Origin: a virus
Length of the DNA stretch: 64,000 nt
IMG/VR virus record: IMGVR_UViG_3300037222_000066
Strand: one strand, 5' to 3'
Shown here: positions 18,059 through 26,443 of the stretch, piece by piece
Layout of the letters: each line of letters opens with the position of its first letter
How positions within the stretch are numbered: the stretch's first letter is position 1
The notes under the pieces: generated by a model
Databases searched by the model: none
What the model saw: the letters and a program-made list of their open reading frames with translations, nothing else
What the model was told of the DNA's origin: nothing
Program-made: the position numbers and the translations under genes

Positions 18059-18358
18059 TTACCTCCGTTGGGTTTGGACCTTTGGCTCGACTGTCGGCCC
18101 TGCGTGATCCGACTTGTCCAAGCCACTGTCATCTACCCTGGGCGCTTGCGTGCCCGGGTCATTGCCGGCGGCGCCATGCGCGTCACCGCGAATATTCTGC
18201 GGCGGGTGCTGTGGGTTCATAACCACAGGCGTTTCCGGATGCTCGGGCGCCGGCCTAAACACTGGTGCCTGCGAACCCGGATCAGTCGTAATGACTTGCG
18301 GCCCCGCGGGGTCTTTTGGTTGAGATAGATCGAGAACAGGCTTTACAGTAACGGTCAT
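18059..18358 (-). CDS. Pro-rich hypothetical protein (99 aa)
   Basis: Co-oriented ORF with a plausible RBS. Confidence 0.3.
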   Translation of the reverse strand: MTVTVKPVLDLSQPKDPAGPQVITTDPGSQAPVFRPAPEHPETPVVMNPQHPPQNIRGDAHGAAGNDPGTQAPRVDDSGLDKSDHAGPTVEPKVQTQRR

Positions 18359-18633
18359 AAGAATACTCCCCAGTTTGTTGCTACGCTTTCCTATTAACGC
18401 GCGACTGAGCCATTAGTTTCCGCTTGAAGTCCAACCGGTTCACCTTGCGACCGTTCAACAGCCGGGCCTGGCGCCGGCGCCGCTTAGCAGTTGCACACAC
18501 AGTCATAATGGCCTCTTAAAGTGGTGTCCGATAAAGTACGATAACGAGTAGCCCGCGGCAAACGAGAGAAACACGGCAATGTGCCAGCCGATCAACTCCA
18601 GCGCGGTCTCGTTTCCGAAAAGAAAGTGACGCA

Positions 18634-19017
18634 CTATTTATCCTCTGGTTTAGCCGCCTCAACAACTTGCTGTGCAACTTTCGCCGCACGGACGACCACG
18701 CTTTCTGCTGTGGCCTGTGCCAGTTGAACTTGCCCCACATTTACCGGGTGTGCCACCAGCTCCAAAGCGATCAACCGGTCAAACTCTATTTTGGCTTTTG
18801 CAATCTTGCGGAGGAGGCGCCCTCTTTTCCAACCCTGATATGTCTTGCTTTCGTAGATTTGAATGCCGTACCAGAGCAACGCGACCACGGCCGCTACCCC
18901 CGGAAACCATCCGACAATAGAACCTAAGAGGGCAGCACCGGATAGAGTATGGCCTATCCAGCTAATAATCCCCTGGCCCTCTTCCACTTCGCTACCCCGT
19001 GCTGCTACAAATGGCAT
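18634..19017 (-). CDS. membrane protein (127 aa)
   Basis: Hydrophobic segments LSGAALLGSIVGWFPGVAAVVALLWYGI. Confidence 0.45.
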   Translation of the reverse strand: MPFVAARGSEVEEGQGIISWIGHTLSGAALLGSIVGWFPGVAAVVALLWYGIQIYESKTYQGWKRGRLLRKIAKAKIEFDRLIALELVAHPVNVGQVQLAQATAESVVVRAAKVAQQVVEAAKPEDK

Positions 19018-19065
19018 AAGTGCCCCGTGTCTGATTTACATAAGGTAAAGAGGAACCATGAATAA

Positions 19066-19431
19066 TTAGTGAATTTTATCGTCTTCCCAAGGGCACTGGA
19101 CCACTAATTCCATGTGTTTTTTCAACATGTCCCGGTGTTTTGCCGCCAGGTCTGTCAACTCTTTTATTGCACTTTCCAGCTTCTCGGGCACCTGGGCGCC
19201 AATTTTAATCAGGTTCTGGATCGAGATCAGGGTCTGGAGCCGGCCGGCCGCGGAGTGCAGCGCGAACGCCGTAGACATGCCATCGACAAACGGCTGCCGC
19301 TCCAGGTGCCGATCATAGCTGTCAACGGTGGCCAGGATGGCCTGGGCTTGCAGCTGCCCTATAGTCGTGATGTTTACCGGCGCCTGGAGAGCGTCGATGA
19401 TCATCATTTCATTTAACAGCGGTGTGGGCAT
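19066..19431 (-). CDS. hypothetical protein (121 aa)
   Basis: Co-oriented ORF in the leftward early block. Confidence 0.45.
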   Translation of the reverse strand: MPTPLLNEMMIIDALQAPVNITTIGQLQAQAILATVDSYDRHLERQPFVDGMSTAFALHSAAGRLQTLISIQNLIKIGAQVPEKLESAIKELTDLAAKHRDMLKKHMELVVQCPWEDDKIH

Positions 19432-20032
19432 TGGTTATATCCATTGGCATTTTTTTCAACTCGTCCGGGTGTTTCTCGCCGGAAATATACAGCGTCAACA
19501 GGTTCAACATATGCTGGCGCTGGGCCGGCTCCATGTAGTACCCGCGGGCCCACAGAGTGTGGATGGTCAGGTTAAATGGCTTGAGGCGCTTACGCAAGTG
19601 GCAGATAACCACGTCGACCATCTTGGGGTCGGTCTCTTCCTTGAGCGAAGATCGCCGGCTCTCGATCACCTGGTGCATCGTGTCCTTGGTGACCTCGGTT
19701 CGATTGATCAACACAGCCAGGAGGGCACCTTGCAACTTTGTCACCTTGAACAGGCGCACGCAGGAGAATACCAGCTCCTGCTCCTGCACGTAATTGTCCT
19801 TCACCCAGAGCGGGGTCCGCGTGTCGCGGTGGGCGCCGGGCGGCCAGTCTTCCTTTGGGTAGTAGGCGATGGACCCGGTGAGCACCGCGGTGCGAACCGC
19901 ATCCCGCACGGCGTCGGCCGTCTGCCTCATAGCCCGGGCAATCGCCCGATATGGCACGCCTTCGTCCGCGAGCCGCACGCAGTATGGCACGAGAACTTTT
20001 GGAATTTCTTCGGATGGCAACAGGTCAGTCAT
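19409..20032 (-). CDS. putative transcriptional regulator with OmpR/PhoB-type winged-helix C-terminus (207 aa)
   Basis: C-terminal DVVICHLRKRLKPFNLTIHTLWARGYYM matches the wHTH recognition helix/wing pattern (V..HI..LR.KL.....I.TVRG.GY). Confidence 0.5.
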   Translation of the reverse strand: MTDLLPSEEIPKVLVPYCVRLADEGVPYRAIARAMRQTADAVRDAVRTAVLTGSIAYYPKEDWPPGAHRDTRTPLWVKDNYVQEQELVFSCVRLFKVTKLQGALLAVLINRTEVTKDTMHQVIESRRSSLKEETDPKMVDVVICHLRKRLKPFNLTIHTLWARGYYMEPAQRQHMLNLLTLYISGEKHPDELKKMPMDITNAHTAVK

Positions 20033-20520
20033 GGGGCACCGGGGGTGTGAATTTCAATATACGAGGCAAGCGCACGTAATCGGGACGGTAGTTCGCCCGC
20101 ATGGCCAAGAGCTAGGTTGCACGGCCGACACAAAATAGCTCGGACTTTTCCTGTCTTGTGATTGTGATCTATTTGCCACCCATATTTGTGGCCTGGATCG
20201 GGGGATAAACACGCAGCACAGCAGCCATTCTGGGCTGCCAATAGTTCATTAAAATCTTCCGGAGTTAGATTGTAGACTTTTTGACGCCACCAGGCACGCA
20301 CTTTTAGGGGGTTAGCTGCTCGCCATTTTTTATCAGTATCTTTTATTCTCTCCTTGTTAGCAAGACGCCAAGCTAACCCCTGGGCCAATCTTTTTTCACG
20401 GTTACGCTGATACCACGCCGCGTGATAAGCCTTTCCTTCTTCGGGGTTTTTATATGCCATAATGTAGGCCCAGTGGAGCTGTACCCCCTGCGGCGCAACG
20501 CGCGAACGACTTACATGCAC
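20029..20520 (-). CDS. HNH endonuclease, endonuclease VII family (163 aa)
   Basis: CCAAC...IDHNHKTGKVRAILCRPCN motif. Confidence 0.7.
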   Translation of the reverse strand: MHVSRSRVAPQGVQLHWAYIMAYKNPEEGKAYHAAWYQRNREKRLAQGLAWRLANKERIKDTDKKWRAANPLKVRAWWRQKVYNLTPEDFNELLAAQNGCCAACLSPDPGHKYGWQIDHNHKTGKVRAILCRPCNLALGHAGELPSRLRALASYIEIHTPGAP

Positions 20521-20572
20521 CTATGCCCCACCGGGCCCGGCCACACAATAAGGTGCATGTCTTATTCATTGG

Positions 20573-20818
20573 TTACTTCATCACCAGTTTGGCGGACAAC
20601 TTGTCCACCCGGTGCAGAGTATAGATGGCGACCTCGACTTCGTCATCCAGGTCCGCGTGTGCGCGTAGCTCTGGGTCGGCTACGAAGTACTTGGTGCCGT
20701 CGCCGGCGTCCTCGCGGTGAACTAGCATTTCATTAGGGAAGCCTTGGGGTTTGGCCATATTATCCTCTGGGGGTTCCATCTGCTTTACGGGTGACGGCGA
20801 CGTTTGCCCACATGGCAT
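20573..20818 (-). CDS. hypothetical protein (81 aa)
   Basis: Co-oriented early ORF. Confidence 0.35.
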   Translation of the reverse strand: MPCGQTSPSPVKQMEPPEDNMAKPQGFPNEMLVHREDAGDGTKYFVADPELRAHADLDDEVEVAIYTLHRVDKLSAKLVMK

Positions 20819-20984
20819 TCGTCCGGTGGTTTCGCATGATAAACGACTTATCAGGTCCGTCTATCAAAAAGGTATCTAGACATTCAGCATAAGCCTTGGC
20901 CGCCTGCCGCAGTTGTGACATGTGGTCAATCTGCTCTTGCGTCGGTTTAAGATATTCGAATGTTGACGCGTGCATCACAGCCAT
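20760..20984 (-). CDS. hypothetical protein (74 aa)
   Basis: Co-oriented early ORF. Confidence 0.35.
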   Translation of the reverse strand: MAVMHASTFEYLKPTQEQIDHMSQLRQAAKAYAECLDTFLIDGPDKSFIMRNHRTNAMWANVAVTRKADGTPRG

Positions 20985-21326
20985 AAAACCCCCAGTATCA
21001 AGCCAAGAACAAACAGTCCAATGCTGAACGAGATCATGACAGACCAGCTCACGTCATGCGGTACCGTGGACCTCATGCCGCCCCCGTGAACCCTGCGATA
21101 ACGATGGTTGGTATCCCTTTGGTGCCGGTCGGCGCCAGCAAGTACATCGGCTCGATGTTTGGCTTGTGGCCGGTCGGCCCCACCTGCGAGAGCCCCTTGA
21201 GCTGCTGTCCTGCCGCACCGATGCCCGTCGTGCCAGTCGGATGCGACGACACCACGTTAATCGTTTTGAGGCCGGCCACGGCTGCCCCAGTGAACCCAGT
21301 CCCGGCAACTATGCGGGCGTTGGCCA

Positions 21327-21608
21327 TCAGGCTGCCTTTCGTTCTAGCTCAACCCGACCCGTGTCCCAAGTAGGAGCATCAGGGCTCCCACTGAGCGGGG
21401 CCGGGCCGCCCTCAGGCGGAATGGTCTTGGCGACGCGCTCGGCTATGGACCAGGCGCCATTCAAGGCGATCAGGTTGTTTTCGGTGGGGGCCATGGCAAA
21501 GTCCGTGACCGCGCGCTCCAAGTTGGACGCGAACAGGTGGAAGGTGTCCCGACCTTCCGGCGACGTGGCCCTAATGGCTGCGGTTCGCAGTTTCAGAATG
21601 AGTTCCAT
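21327..21608 (-). CDS. hypothetical protein (93 aa)
   Basis: Co-oriented early ORF. Confidence 0.4.
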   Translation of the reverse strand: MELILKLRTAAIRATSPEGRDTFHLFASNLERAVTDFAMAPTENNLIALNGAWSIAERVAKTIPPEGGPAPLSGSPDAPTWDTGRVELERKAA

Positions 21609-21640
21609 AGCTTTTCCTTAACATCGCAGCCGCTTATGTG

Positions 21641-21901
21641 TCAAGCGGCATGGAGCGCGAGCCCATACCAGGCGCCGGCGCCAGCGAGCAACGCTCCACC
21701 CAGGTTAGGCCCGAGCAGGTCCGAGTTTGGATTGCCGTTCATCAAGAGGTCACCGACGATGCACACTGCGTGGATGCCGGCAACCAGGATGCCGAGGCCC
21801 GGCAACCAGACTGACACGCCGAACCAGATGCAGGCCATGACCGCTATGGCCGCGTAGCCGTACGGGGTTCGCTTGCCATTATCGTCAAATGCTTGAGGCA
21901 T
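21641..21901 (-). CDS. small membrane protein (86 aa)
   Basis: Two clear hydrophobic helices. Confidence 0.45.
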   Translation of the reverse strand: MPQAFDDNGKRTPYGYAAIAVMACIWFGVSVWLPGLGILVAGIHAVCIVGDLLMNGNPNSDLLGPNLGGALLAGAGAWYGLALHAA

Positions 21902-21925
21902 AGGCAGGACTTTCTTTTGAAGCCG

Positions 21926-22276
21926 TCATACTTTAGGGGCGCTGACATAGTCCTTGAGTACTTCGGTCTGGTGCGGCCACACCGGTGGGTTCTGTATAGC
22001 CGCCGCTAATTGGTGCAGAACGTCTTCCCAATAGTGAGGATCGTTGAGCACAATCATCGCCGGGGCGCGGACATGACTATACTTAGGCCGTCCGTGGACT
22101 TCCCACACACAGCACAAAATCTGATAATCCTTTGTCGGTGCCTGTGTAACTTCGGCGCGTATCAGCTTGATCCCCTTGGGGAATTCCACTGTAGGCGGCG
22201 GGGTAATCTCTAGTGGTGACACCGTTTCACCTTCACTTGGGCGGGCCTGGGTAGCGCGCTTCCGTGTCACCTTCAT
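21926..22276 (-). CDS. hypothetical protein (116 aa)
   Basis: Co-oriented early ORF. Confidence 0.45.
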   Translation of the reverse strand: MKVTRKRATQARPSEGETVSPLEITPPPTVEFPKGIKLIRAEVTQAPTKDYQILCCVWEVHGRPKYSHVRAPAMIVLNDPHYWEDVLHQLAAAIQNPPVWPHQTEVLKDYVSAPKV

Positions 22277-22426
22277 ACCTCGCCAAGTGTTAACGAGTAG
22301 TTAAAGGTTCGGTTTTTGACCCCGAGGTATTTCCAAAGGGGTCTATTTGTAGATTAGGGCGGGCGGCCTGTCCAGCGTGGGGGGAGGTGCTATTGCGTCG
22401 CATTCGCAACAATAAGCCAATGAAAA

Positions 22427-22458
22427 GGCCGCTAGGAAAAACGGTTTCCCTAGCGGCC
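22427..22458 (-). terminator. terminator/attenuator-like hairpin after the first leftward early gene
   Basis: Stem GGCCGCTAGG / 12-nt loop / stem CCTAGCGGCC; on the minus strand followed by TTTTCATT. Confidence 0.35.
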
Positions 22459-22475
22459 TCGGGCAACGCCTAGTG

Positions 22476-22670
22476 TTACTTGTGGGTGAGGTTCAGCGCC
22501 AATTGGCAGATGCCGCCGGGGGTCTGAACACCAGTGAACCCATGCGTGGAACTGACCAGTTTAGTCTTGCCCGATGTAGAGGCAAGCGCTTCATCGTATG
22601 CCGCCTTTGAAACGTCGATGGTGACGGTCATTACATCGCCCTTGATATCAATTTGAAGGGGTTTCGCCAT
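22476..22670 (-). CDS. hypothetical early protein (64 aa)
   Basis: GGAGA RBS 6 nt upstream of the ATG; first gene of the leftward early operon. Confidence 0.5.
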   Translation of the reverse strand: MAKPLQIDIKGDVMTVTIDVSKAAYDEALASTSGKTKLVSSTHGFTGVQTPGGICQLALNLTHK

Positions 22671-22779
22671 TTTATTCTCCTATGTGGCCGGAAAGCGCCG
22701 GCCGTCGCACCCATGCCGCATCGGGCAACGCCCCAGCCATCGCGCGATGGTAAGGTGTGAAGGTGTTACCCTGATACCG

Positions 22780-22980
22780 TCGAGCGATTATACCTCCGTG
22801 TAACCCCTTGATATCATTGAACTCCCCACCGGAAGATTAACTCATTGATTTCATTGGTATATTGGTAATCAGGTTGTACCGTTAATATTGTATATTTATA
22901 CGATAATATTAATTGGCCTCTAATAATTTAACACCTTGATACCATTAAGGAAAAGTCCTTAGTATGTTAATATCACGAAA
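22780..22980. promoter_or_regulatory. AT-rich divergent promoter zone
   Basis: GC content drops sharply; three TTGAT(A/T) -35-like boxes on the plus strand (about 22809, 22846, 22935); a perfect TATAAT on the minus strand at 22787-22792 facing the leftward early genes. Confidence 0.35.
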
Positions 22981-23005
22981 ATCGGAAAAGACACAGCCGT
23001 TTGAA

Positions 23006-23050
23006 CCCACCATTTTCCCCACCATTTTCCCCACCATTTTCCCCACCATG
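23006..23050 (+). repeat. iteron array, 3.5 x 12-bp unit ACCATTTTCCCC (direct)
   Basis: Read directly in the sequence: cccaccattttccccaccattttccccaccattttccccaccatg. Confidence 0.9.
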
Positions 23051-23136
23051 TTGCTCTAGGAGGCATCAAGTTGGAAGGAGAACAAAACATGATCAAATAT
23101 TATATATTCAATAATACCAGTCATTACATGATTACA
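23051..23136. promoter_or_regulatory. AT-rich core between inverted iteron arrays (candidate DNA-unwinding element/origin core)
   Basis: aacaaaacatgatcaaatattatatattcaataataccagtcattacatgattacaat flanked by the inverted arrays. Confidence 0.4.
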
Positions 23137-23183
23137 ATAATGGTGGGGAAAATGGTGGGGAAAATGGTGGGGAAAATGGTGGG
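23137..23183 (-). repeat. iteron array, 4 x 12-bp unit in inverted orientation (AAAATGGTGGGG)
   Basis: aatggtggggaaaatggtggggaaaatggtggggaaaatggtggg. Confidence 0.9.
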
Positions 23184-23346
23184 TTTTAGTAGCCCCATCG
23201 TTTGAAAAGGCAAATACTTACATATTAAGCTTTATTACCTACTGAAGGTTGCACGGTGTGACGGTATATATCTTAAAAGGACATATTTGGTTGTGCTCTT
23301 AATATGTAAGTATTACACCATTCCACCCTCAAACCCCGTCCAAAAT

Positions 23347-23368
23347 CCACCATTTTCCCCACCATTTT
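23347..23368 (+). repeat. third iteron site (2 units, direct)
   Basis: ccaccattttccccaccatttt; a half-site-like caccattccaccc lies at about 23306. Confidence 0.8.
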
Positions 23369-23498
23369 GACCCCTAATCTGTTTCATAAGGTAGGATAAA
23401 CCAGGATATCGAGCCATTCCCAGGCAGGAGCGCGCCCGACGCGGCAGGGGCGAGGCCGAAAAACGGCGGCGCGCCGCGTATGGCCACAGGAGACGACC

Positions 23499-23675
23499 AT
23501 GAAATCCCTTTTGAAGTCCCTTCTACTGAGCTTCGGTCAGTGGTTAGCTGAAATCAGCAATTCCCACGCAGGAACAGTGGGTTGCGCTGCTTTCCACGCT
23601 CATTGCGTCATCTTGGAGCACTATCGGGAATATCCTTATAATTTCCCACGCTCCAATGACTACGAAAGCCATTGA
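23499..23675 (+). CDS. possible small ORF (58 aa)
   Basis: AGGAGA RBS 5 nt upstream of the ATG; overlaps the TTCCCACGC motif cluster, so it may be non-coding. Confidence 0.2.
   Translation: MKSLLKSLLLSFGQWLAEISNSHAGTVGCAAFHAHCVILEHYREYPYNFPRSNDYESH
23561..23651 (+). promoter_or_regulatory. three copies of a TT(T)CCCACGC motif upstream of the rightward early operon
   Basis: At 23561-23569, 23591-23599 and 23642-23651; the motif is related to the iteron core TTTTCCCCACC. Confidence 0.45.
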
Positions 23676-23721
23676 GTTTGAAGCCCTAGCGCATTACGGT
23701 GCGCTAGATCGTTAAACCCCA

Positions 23722-23735
23722 GTGCTGAGGAGCAC
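23722..23735 (+). promoter_or_regulatory. RBS-containing hairpin GTGCT-GAGG-AGCAC, 3 nt before the ATG
   Basis: 21-nt block AACCC(C)AGTGCTGAGGAGCACA is repeated at 24443-24464. Confidence 0.45.
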
Positions 23736-23738
23736 ACA

Positions 23739-24077
23739 ATGATCGGTTCACAGCTTCCACGTTATAGTCAGCCACGTCCCATAGTGGGACAGGCAGAGAG
23801 CACCAAGCGCCAGCGCACGCTGGAGCACCTTCCAGTGGTCAATCTGGCCTCTGATGCCGTTGCCCCGCACGATCCGTCGATGCTGGAGCTTCTGGGCATT
23901 GATCCGCGTGACCTGACCAACCAGTACATCAAGGCCATTCGGGACTTCATCAAGAATGGCCTTGAGAGCGAGAGCAGCTATAAGACTTTGCTGGCTGTCA
24001 CAGGCAGCAAGTGGCTGCTCACCCGTTATGCCCCAACGGTTGCCCCCAGCTTCCTCAAGCCGGCGAGGCCACTATGA
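23739..24077 (+). CDS. hypothetical early protein (112 aa)
   Basis: First rightward gene, preceded by the GAGG-loop hairpin. Confidence 0.5.
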   Translation: MIGSQLPRYSQPRPIVGQAESTKRQRTLEHLPVVNLASDAVAPHDPSMLELLGIDPRDLTNQYIKAIRDFIKNGLESESSYKTLLAVTGSKWLLTRYAPTVAPSFLKPARPL

Positions 24078-24450
24078 CACAACATAACAGCGGTTGGCGC
24101 AGCCACCGCAGACCAGTCAAATTCACCACAGGTGGCCTTATCGCCACATATTCCCGCAATGAGCTGTCCTCAGCTGGGCTGCTCACTGATCGTCCATACA
24201 ATGGACGGTATAACGGTGACACGCTGGACGCCGAGGACAACTACGTTCCTCGCCAGCCAATCGAGGTAACGTACTCGTAGGCTTATAGCCCTAACGGTTT
24301 AACCGGTTAGTTGCGTCTGGACCGTTAGTTCGATAAGCTGGAATACAGGTAGCTACGCCACTGTTATACCAATGAGCTTGGCGTTGCAGTCCCCGAGGCA
24401 TCATATCCGGACTGATCAGTTGGGGAGCGTTATTCGAGAAGCTGAACCCA

Positions 24451-24464
24451 GTGCTGAGGAGCAC
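24451..24464 (+). promoter_or_regulatory. second copy of the GTGCT-GAGG-AGCAC hairpin
   Basis: Identical 14-mer 3 nt upstream of the ATG at 24468. Confidence 0.45.
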
Positions 24465-24467
24465 AAA

Positions 24468-24782
24468 ATGACGACGATACAAGACATGATCGGCATGCTG
24501 AGTGAAGCAACTAGCCTGAACACCAAGAGCATCAAGAGGCTCTCGGACAATGACAAGAAGATCATTGCTTACATCAGCAGGTTAGAGCGTCGCATACTGG
24601 AGTGCCCTGCGCTTGGCCGTAGTCGCAGGCGTCGTAAACCTGCCGCGCTCGCCCTAATTAAACGAGCCGAACGGCCCTGCTTTGCGAAAAGCCGACATGG
24701 GCTTCATAGAATGCATTTTGGTCGTAAGCACCTAGACCATAATGCACAGACTCGAAACCGTCTAAAAAGGGCCAAGTCATGA
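24468..24782 (+). CDS. hypothetical early protein (105 aa)
   Basis: Start chosen from the hairpin/RBS position rather than the longer ORF call. Confidence 0.45.
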   Translation: MTTIQDMIGMLSEATSLNTKSIKRLSDNDKKIIAYISRLERRILECPALGRSRRRRKPAALALIKRAERPCFAKSRHGLHRMHFGRKHLDHNAQTRNRLKRAKS

Positions 24783-24958
24783 TTGCTATCCAAGAAGGTG
24801 ACACGGTGGTACTCACGCTCTCCAACAAGACAATAATGGGCGTGGTCAAGTGGCTGTCAAAGAATGGCGCCAGGGCCACTGTCGAGGTCAAGCGCGGTAA
24901 CAGCCGCATGACCCTTCCAGACTGGGACACGCGCCACATGCGTGCGGTGGCGTCATGA
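24779..24958 (+). CDS. possible small protein (59 aa)
   Basis: ATGA overlap with the upstream stop; fills the gap to the next gene. Confidence 0.3.
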   Translation: MIAIQEGDTVVLTLSNKTIMGVVKWLSKNGARATVEVKRGNSRMTLPDWDTRHMRAVAS

Positions 24959-25167
24959 AGGTGTCAGTCTGCATTAGCCGTTCAGGAGTAGAAACGGCAC
25001 AGCTGATTGTTGAGGCCAAAAGCGTTGATGCTGCTGAAAAGCGCATCGAGAAACTGCTGGATACGACACACCGGGTATCGTTAGAAAGATTGGTCCGAAA
25101 CCGTGGCATACGTTTAGGCGATACTGAGTGCAACGGTGACGAAGAAAGTTCATGGGAGTTGTCATGA
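24955..25167 (+). CDS. hypothetical protein (70 aa)
   Basis: ATGA-coupled start. Confidence 0.4.
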   Translation: MKVSVCISRSGVETAQLIVEAKSVDAAEKRIEKLLDTTHRVSLERLVRNRGIRLGDTECNGDEESSWELS

Positions 25168-25255
25168 GAAACGCATTCTTCGTGTTTGAACTGGTGGGCA
25201 TAGCAATCTTTCTGTCCATCGCAGTTGGCCTGTTCCTTGGCCCGAGGTTGAAGCC

Positions 25256-25504
25256 ATGAAACGGTTAACAATAGCATTTGTGGTTTTGGTTGCGACAGGG
25301 CCATTTGGCCATGCAGGCGGACTAACGGGCCGCCACGTTGCAACTGACCACAGGCACCAGCTTCGACAGAGTAATGGGGCTGGTGCCACCATTTCGCAGC
25401 CCACAGGCGACCACATTGAGTGGAATGGTCCACCGAGTGTGCCGTCGTGGGAGCGTGGCTGCACTAAGTTTGATGAACATGGGAATTGGAGGGACGTATG
25501 CTAG
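25256..25504 (+). CDS. hypothetical secreted-like protein (82 aa)
   Basis: N-terminal hydrophobic signal-like segment. Confidence 0.35.
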   Translation: MKRLTIAFVVLVATGPFGHAGGLTGRHVATDHRHQLRQSNGAGATISQPTGDHIEWNGPPSVPSWERGCTKFDEHGNWRDVC

Positions 25505-25881
25505 ACCTTACCAGGCCAATCACCACTCGCTCTGGCGCCGCGGTTCGCGTTATATGCACAGATAGCCGGGCCAGATCAGGCCCACTGGCTGTGCTGATAA
25601 CCGATGGCGTGCGTGAGCTGCTTCGGTCATATCCTATAACGGGGGAATGCGCTGGTGCTTATGGAACGGCCACTGTAAATAGGTCATTTGATTTAATCAA
25701 TGCCCGCGCGAAGGTGAAACGGTGGCGTGTCACTTACGCAATAAACCCAGCACTTCAAAGGGTGCCAATGCTCTATACGAGCAGCATACAAGCTATTGAC
25801 AGCAATTCAAGCCGTGGTTGGTTGACTTCTGATGTTGTTTCCATCGCGCTGGTGGACGTTTACGAGGACGAACTGCCATGA
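25486..25881 (+). CDS. hypothetical protein (131 aa)
   Basis: Co-oriented early ORF. Confidence 0.45.
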   Translation: MEGRMLDLTRPITTRSGAAVRVICTDSRARSGPLAVLITDGVRELLRSYPITGECAGAYGTATVNRSFDLINARAKVKRWRVTYAINPALQRVPMLYTSSIQAIDSNSSRGWLTSDVVSIALVDVYEDELP

Positions 25882-25888
25882 CAGCGGC

Positions 25889-26287
25889 ATGGTATTTTGC
25901 CCTTGGATTTACGGCAGACGTGTGGTTTTCACTATGGACAATGGTGCCACTATGACAGCAGAAATCATCATGCTCAAGGACAGGCGCAAGCCAGTCCGGC
26001 TTCCACCGACAACGGCACATGCCGAGCAGATGCTCAAAGAGGTACAGCTTGAGCATGACCTGGAGAAATTCAGCGCCCTTAGCGATGCCGAGCTGGACGA
26101 GTTCCGGTTCATATTCGGTGAGAAGGAAAAACGGTTGCAGATACGCAATGCAGCCTATGTCCCACAGGCACCGAAAGCGCGAGTGGCTTTCGCTGATGCT
26201 ATGATCTTGGCATCGCCTGAGACACGCGCTAAGGTCGGCCGCATACTGGATGATTTGGAAGCGGTACTAGGCCGGAGGAAGCCATGA
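25889..26287 (+). CDS. hypothetical protein (132 aa; start uncertain, alternative at 25934)
   Basis: In-frame ATG just after the upstream stop. Confidence 0.4.
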   Translation: MVFCPWIYGRRVVFTMDNGATMTAEIIMLKDRRKPVRLPPTTAHAEQMLKEVQLEHDLEKFSALSDAELDEFRFIFGEKEKRLQIRNAAYVPQAPKARVAFADAMILASPETRAKVGRILDDLEAVLGRRKP

Positions 26288-26443
26288 CCTTCACGATGCA
26301 AGAAATCGCAGACCTTCGAGAAGCCATTGACACAGCCCAAGGGGAGTTGTGCGTGGATTGGAGCGGCGATGGTTCGTTCCCAGAGGGTACCGCGTATAAT
26401 AATCGGCTTGAGTTGTTAAAGGCCAAATTGCTGGAGTTCATAA

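Noticed and set aside
19328-20050. 240-aa plus-strand ORF opposite the wHTH regulator gene
   Set aside because: Antisense. The minus-strand product has a recognisable wHTH motif and correct operon orientation.
21056-21621. Plus-strand ORFs of 105 and 151 aa in the leftward early region
   Set aside because: Antisense to co-oriented minus-strand small genes, with no RBS. They are less plausible than the minus-strand set, although the minus ORF 21073-21327 is itself weak and was left unreported.
23006-23183. Possible CRISPR array
   Set aside because: The units are 12 bp, directly abutting with no spacers, and occur in inverted sets around an AT-rich core. This is iteron architecture, not CRISPR.
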